DNA of 64,000 nucleotides from Nitrospirota bacterium (lineage in GTDB: Bacteria; Nitrospirota; Thermodesulfovibrionia; Thermodesulfovibrionales; Dissulfurispiraceae), in NCBI GenBank assembly GCA_963790025.1, contig CAWBMP010000002.1:128001-192000 (forward strand), read 5' to 3'. The position numbers were made by a program, and so were the translations under genes. Below are positions 59,728 to 64,000 of the stretch, piece by piece. The notes under the pieces are model-generated. The model searched no databases. It was not told where the DNA came from and was given only the letters and a program-made list of their open reading frames with translations. Positions within the stretch are counted from its first letter, which is position 1. Every line of letters begins with the position of its first letter.

Positions 59728-59928
59728 ATGGTTAACGGAACAGTAAAGTGGTTCAATGACTCAAGAGGCTTCGGCTTTATTACAGGCGACGACGGAGGGG
59801 ATGTTTTTGTCCACCACTCGTCGATCCAGGGTGAGGGATTCAAGTCCCTTGCCGAGGGTGACAGGATCAGCTTTGATACGGAAAAAGGCCCTAAGGGTCC
59901 CAAGGCGATCACGGTAATTAAACAGTAA
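59728..59928 (+). CDS. cspA: Cold-shock protein
   Basis: GTVKWFN, RNP1 GFGFI, RNP2 VFVHHS; AAGGAGGT RBS. Confidence 0.95.
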   Translation: MVNGTVKWFNDSRGFGFITGDDGGDVFVHHSSIQGEGFKSLAEGDRISFDTEKGPKGPKAITVIKQ

Positions 59929-59982
59929 GTAACCGAAGGTCCTCTGCGTTAAGCAGGGGACACTCCCCTTCAAGGAGGAATC

Positions 59983-60531
59983 ATGAAGATTAAAAAGCAG
60001 GACAAAAAAAATATGATAAAAGAAACCGGCGAAATCAACGGAAGAATTACTGAAAAAACTCAAACTGTCGAAAAACCTTTAAGAGCCAAGAAACTTCTGG
60101 CGCAGAAAACCTTTTCTGAGAAAGCCAGTTCGACGGAGAAACCCGATACCACCAAGAGCCCCAAAACGGCTGCAAATTCTGCAACCTGTGCAAATCCGAA
60201 ATCGGAACCCCCTGGGATGAAAAAAAAGTATATAGAGTCTCGCAATATCTGCGAAGTTACATTCAGATTGCATAGTGAGGCATCACCCGGGGCAAAGAAG
60301 GCAACCGTAGTAGGAGACTTTAATAATTGGGAGAAAGAGGCCACACCTTTAACGAAACAGGAAAACGGCGACTTCATTATAGCACTCGAACTCGATACAG
60401 GGACTGAATACCGTTTCCGCTATTTCATTGATGGGCAGCGGTGGGAAAATGACTGGCATGCAGACAAATATGTCAAGAGCCCTTATGATGTCGAAGATTC
60501 GGTAGTAGTGTGCGCAGCCATTGAAGGGTAG
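59983..60531 (+). CDS. Isoamylase early-set (CBM48-like) glycogen-binding protein with a basic low-complexity N-terminus
   Basis: VTF, VVGDFNNW, YRFRYFIDG..W.ND..AD.Y. Confidence 0.88.
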   Translation: MKIKKQDKKNMIKETGEINGRITEKTQTVEKPLRAKKLLAQKTFSEKASSTEKPDTTKSPKTAANSATCANPKSEPPGMKKKYIESRNICEVTFRLHSEASPGAKKATVVGDFNNWEKEATPLTKQENGDFIIALELDTGTEYRFRYFIDGQRWENDWHADKYVKSPYDVEDSVVVCAAIEG

Positions 60532-60567
60532 AATGTAATGATTCCGTAAATACGAAGGAGGCATCTA

Positions 60568-60678
60568 ATGAGTAAAGAAAAAGACAAGAAAAGGACAACT
60601 GAAAAGAAAAAACCACAGCATACACTTAAAGAGAAAAAACAATTGAAAAGAGAAAAAAACAGCACGCTAACAACGTAG
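60568..60678 (+). CDS. 36-aa Lys-rich microprotein (MSKEKDKKRTTEKKKPQHTLKEKKQLKREKNSTLTT)
   Basis: AAGGAGG RBS; KKKP..TLKEK..KR.K pattern; not in the ORF track. Confidence 0.7.
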   Translation: MSKEKDKKRTTEKKKPQHTLKEKKQLKREKNSTLTT

Positions 60679-60792
60679 TGCACTGAATAAAAGCGGGGCT
60701 GTCCCCTTTTGTCTGCTCCCAAAGCCATTTGTGCGAGTGTGAAGGACAACTCCAAATAAATATTATTGGCATAGTTTTAGGAGGCACATACC

Positions 60793-61203
60793 ATGATTAA
60801 GGACGTTGTCGAGATTGAAGAGCTTCGCTGCAAGTACGAGGATGGGCAGGAAGAGGAAGAAAGGCAGATGATAGCAAAAGGTAAAGCATTAGATGCAATC
60901 AGGAATGATGGTTTTAATGGTGCAATCATAGAGGCTAAATGGGGCGAGGCGTCAGATAGGCTTGCCGTTAGTTGGGAACCCGGCAGGGAGTTGGAAAACA
61001 CGATGTTTCAGGTTGCCGATGCCGAGCATGATTATTGGGGGGCGGCAAAATTACTGGAGATCGAGGAAGACGGGATCGGGATAATCAACACATATCGTGA
61101 CAACGATAAGAGCCAATGGGTAACGATAGGTAAGGTGTTAGACGCCGACGGTAAAGAAACGTATCTATACAACTCTCAGGAAGAGGAAGATGGCGGACAA
61201 TAA
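60793..61203 (+). CDS. Acidic hypothetical protein
   Basis: AGGAGG RBS; 136 aa. Confidence 0.7.
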   Translation: MIKDVVEIEELRCKYEDGQEEEERQMIAKGKALDAIRNDGFNGAIIEAKWGEASDRLAVSWEPGRELENTMFQVADAEHDYWGAAKLLEIEEDGIGIINTYRDNDKSQWVTIGKVLDADGKETYLYNSQEEEDGGQ

Positions 61204-61230
61204 ATTTCCCTGTTAGAATAAGGAGTGATT

Positions 61231-61464
61231 ATGTCAGATTCCGCAACTAAGAAGCCAAAGATTCAGTCGCTTTTATCGGAACAGATTAAGCTAAACCCTT
61301 TGCAGTTTGTGCAAGGGCTTCGGAGAAAATATTCTTTTGGTCTGCCTGCATCGTGCCACTATCGTAGACTGGTTGCCGAGCATCTGGGTGCCAAGCTTAA
61401 TGCCAAGTTTGATGTGCCACAGGATTTTATAACGGCATATAAGAAAGTCTCCGGGGGTAAATAA
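61231..61464 (+). CDS. Hypothetical protein
   Basis: AAGGAG RBS before ATG 61231; same strand as its neighbours. Confidence 0.55.
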   Translation: MSDSATKKPKIQSLLSEQIKLNPLQFVQGLRRKYSFGLPASCHYRRLVAEHLGAKLNAKFDVPQDFITAYKKVSGGK

Positions 61465-61729
61465 TAGCGCCGTATTTCCAGTAGAAGCGGGTGAAGTCGA
61501 GAAGCGCCAGTTGGACCCCTCTGAAATTTATCTGATTAGCATTGGCGGAAAGATTGCCGATAACATTCACCTGTCACTGTATTGAGGCGTTATGTAACGG
61601 AAATTAAGTGTGCAGCACTGAAGGAATATCTTGAGCCGTTACTATGGAAGGCAGTCACGTAATCTTAAGCACTGCAAATTGTCATCCACATTTCACTCCT
61701 CAAAGGAGGATTCCATACAGGAGAAAATA

Positions 61730-62821
61730 ATGAATAATGCAGATAATGCCATACCGGAGACTCCATCTCCGGAAGAGTGTGCTAACAAGATCTTTGAGAT
61801 CAGCGGCGCCAAGCTTGATTCCGATATCGCTGCGGACCTATGGCAAAAAATATTGCAGCATAAATGGCTCATGTCTGAAAAGCTCAGCCGTGATGTAGGA
61901 TTGAGGACCGCATGTATCGACTTTCTTGAAAACATGGACCAGGCCCTCAGGGAATACATAGACTATAAACGGAAAGATGTTTTAGCCGAAATGGGAGCTC
62001 AAAAGATTAGAGCTGAAATATGGGATACGATATCCGATTCGCAGCCTCCAAAGCAATTGGTACAACGAAGAATTATTCTTCCGCTTAAAGAAGATGGCCT
62101 ATCCAAAAAGCATGGGGTGATTCCTCCTAAAACCATCATCTTCTTTGGACCTCCGGGTACGGGGAAGACTCATTTTGTAAAGGCTATAGCAGGAGTCCTG
62201 TCATGGTGGTACATCGAGATTTTGCCCAGCATGCTTATGGTGGACGGCGTAGAAAGGATAGGCGCTAATTTGCACAACGTAATGGAAAAGGCGCGTACTT
62301 TGGAGGATGTCGTTGTCTTTATAGACGAGTTTGAAGAGATTGCCGCGAGCAGGAATGAAGCAAACCGGATTGACAAGTCCATTACTAACGAATTCCTCAA
62401 ACAGGTTTCTTTGCTGAAAAATCAGGGGAATAAGGTATTATTTATATGTGCGACCAACTATATCCGGCTGTTGGACGCCGCACTGCTTCGACCGGGAAGA
62501 TTTGATTGCATTATTCCTGTCGGCGGGCTGGACGAGGATGGAAGGCGAACTATTTTGGAACAATTCCTGTCCAACCTTAATGCGGAGAACGTCGACCTCA
62601 ATCTCATTGTAAAGATGACAGCACGATTTACGCCGGCTGATATCGAATATCTCTTCCAGCAAGTGGCCCAATTTGCCTTTGAACAGGAGTATGCAAGCAA
62701 ACATAATTATCTTGTTACCACAGATACGTTTGTTGAAATTGTACCGAAAATTAAGCCATCTCTCACCGACGAGATTATTGATGAATTTCAAAAAGACGTT
62801 ATCACATATTCTCGAACATAG
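61730..62821 (+). CDS. AAA+ ATPase with a DUF4032-like N-terminal domain
   Basis: ILQHKWLMSE...RDVG; Walker A GPPGTGKT, Walker B VFIDE, SRH ATN...LDAALLRPGRFD. Confidence 0.88.
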   Translation: MNNADNAIPETPSPEECANKIFEISGAKLDSDIAADLWQKILQHKWLMSEKLSRDVGLRTACIDFLENMDQALREYIDYKRKDVLAEMGAQKIRAEIWDTISDSQPPKQLVQRRIILPLKEDGLSKKHGVIPPKTIIFFGPPGTGKTHFVKAIAGVLSWWYIEILPSMLMVDGVERIGANLHNVMEKARTLEDVVVFIDEFEEIAASRNEANRIDKSITNEFLKQVSLLKNQGNKVLFICATNYIRLLDAALLRPGRFDCIIPVGGLDEDGRRTILEQFLSNLNAENVDLNLIVKMTARFTPADIEYLFQQVAQFAFEQEYASKHNYLVTTDTFVEIVPKIKPSLTDEIIDEFQKDVITYSRT

Positions 62822-62895
62822 GCTTGTGCGTTTTTGGTGTAAGACTTCTCAGGGCGCTGTTTGCTTTCGGGAGATACAAAAGGTGAGATACCAAG

Positions 62896-63966
62896 ATGTT
62901 TGAAGATATTGTAGAGACAGTGCGTGAACCTCTTATTGTACTGGATTCAGACCTGAGGGTCCTTTTAGCAAACCGTAGCTTCTATGATTTATTCAAGGTA
63001 ATGCCCGAATCGACTATAGGTAGTCTGATCTATGATGTCGGAAATCGGCAATGGGATATTCCGAAGCTTCGGACGTTGCTTGAGGATATTCTTCCCGGAA
63101 ACACTAAGTTCGATGACTATGAAGTTGAACATACATTTCCTGATATCGGGCACAAAATAATGCTTCTCAATGCCCGCAGTATCATTCACAAAGAAAAAGG
63201 TTCTCAGATGATCCTCCTTGCTATTGAAGACATTACTGAACGCAGACGGTTAGAAGAGATGGCAAGGCTGTATTCGAAGAAGTTGGAGGAAAGCAACAGA
63301 GAACTGGACAATTTTGCATCGATTGCAGCACATGATTTAGGTGCTCCGCTCCGTGTGGTTTCGGGATTTGCAAGCCTGCTTAAGAAACATTACAAAGACA
63401 AGCTCGATGCCAATGCTGATCAGTACATTTCACATATTGTCGAGGGGACCGAGCGCATGCGCCATCTGATCGATGACCTCCTTCAGTATGCACGGGTAGC
63501 AACACGAGAAAGCCCCCTTGCCCCAGTGAACGTCAACACCATTCTTGAAAACACTTTGGCTAATCTCACGTTTGAGATCAAAGAGAGCAAGGCTGTAATT
63601 ACTGTCGACCCTCTTCCGACGGTATCTGCAGATAGTACGCAGCTCATTCAGTTGTTCCAAAATCTTATTGGGAACGCTATCAAGTATCGCAGCAATACGC
63701 CGAGTATTCATATTTCTGCTGAACTAAAGGATGAGGAGTGGCTTTTTCATATCAGTGACAACGGTATCGGCATTGATCCACAGTACTTTGATAGAATCTT
63801 TCAAATATTCCAGCGCCTGTACGCCAGCGATGAATACTCCGGTACCGGTATAGGGCTGGCAACATGCAAAAAGATTGTGGAGAGGCTTGGAGGACGTATC
63901 TGGGTGGAATCGAAGCCTGGTGAGGGATCAACCTTCTTTTTTACACTCCCGGCAGCAGGGACATAG
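62896..63966 (+). CDS. Cytoplasmic PAS sensor histidine kinase
   Basis: PAS (TVREPLIVLD..LRV..AN.SFY), AAHDL..PLR, QNLIGNAIKY, DNGIGI, GTGIGL. Confidence 0.92.
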   Translation: MFEDIVETVREPLIVLDSDLRVLLANRSFYDLFKVMPESTIGSLIYDVGNRQWDIPKLRTLLEDILPGNTKFDDYEVEHTFPDIGHKIMLLNARSIIHKEKGSQMILLAIEDITERRRLEEMARLYSKKLEESNRELDNFASIAAHDLGAPLRVVSGFASLLKKHYKDKLDANADQYISHIVEGTERMRHLIDDLLQYARVATRESPLAPVNVNTILENTLANLTFEIKESKAVITVDPLPTVSADSTQLIQLFQNLIGNAIKYRSNTPSIHISAELKDEEWLFHISDNGIGIDPQYFDRIFQIFQRLYASDEYSGTGIGLATCKKIVERLGGRIWVESKPGEGSTFFFTLPAAGT

Positions 63967-64000
63967 TCACGGCGGAAATTATTTCGTTAAGAAACTTATA

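Noticed and set aside
60766..60782. Sigma54 promoter (TGGCAT...)
   Set aside because: The -12 TTGC element is missing and the site abuts the RBS.
61555..61598. Possible integron attC site (GATAAC...GTTATGT)
   Set aside because: Too short, poor internal symmetry, no integrase and no cassette array.
1..64000. tRNA, rRNA, riboswitch or selenocysteine recoding
   Set aside because: None recognised by eye; the redox proteins have ordinary Cys codons. A covariance-model scan would be needed to exclude small RNAs.

Overview
Bacterial chromosomal window, most likely from an anaerobic Nitrospirota (Thermodesulfovibrionia-like) or a Desulfobacterota-like organism; this is inferred from gene content only. 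Positions 1-51.2 kb are mostly core and envelope genes: an Aas-like acyl ligase, Grx/FTR, a glyco/radical-SAM cluster, yeeE, citrate synthase, dinB, dusB, aroKB-phoBR, atpZI, hemL, mtnP, yebC, glmUS, uvrD/pcrA, gatC, panD, bioD and trmJ. This part also holds two multiheme electron-transfer modules: an 11-heme + 4-heme + FeS + NrfD quinol oxidoreductase and an MtrA/MtrB-type porin-cytochrome pair. Five bases after the trmJ stop codon, at 51202, there is an unannotated Tn7-like right end (TGT terminus plus four 20-bp TnsB-type sites). It opens an accessory region that appears to run to the window edge, while the canonical glmS attTn7 site is empty. That region carries an ORF-deleted group II intron with a mutated catalytic triad, a translationally coupled two-gene operon (large Zn-motif/HEAT-like protein + PD-(D/E)XK nuclease protein; the best candidate here for an undescribed defence system), an AT-rich HEPN-motif gene and several microproteins. 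Many gene ends carry degenerate 6/7/8-mer inverted microsatellite hairpins. No rRNA, tRNA or CRISPR array was seen. All calls come from reading motifs by eye; no database search was run.
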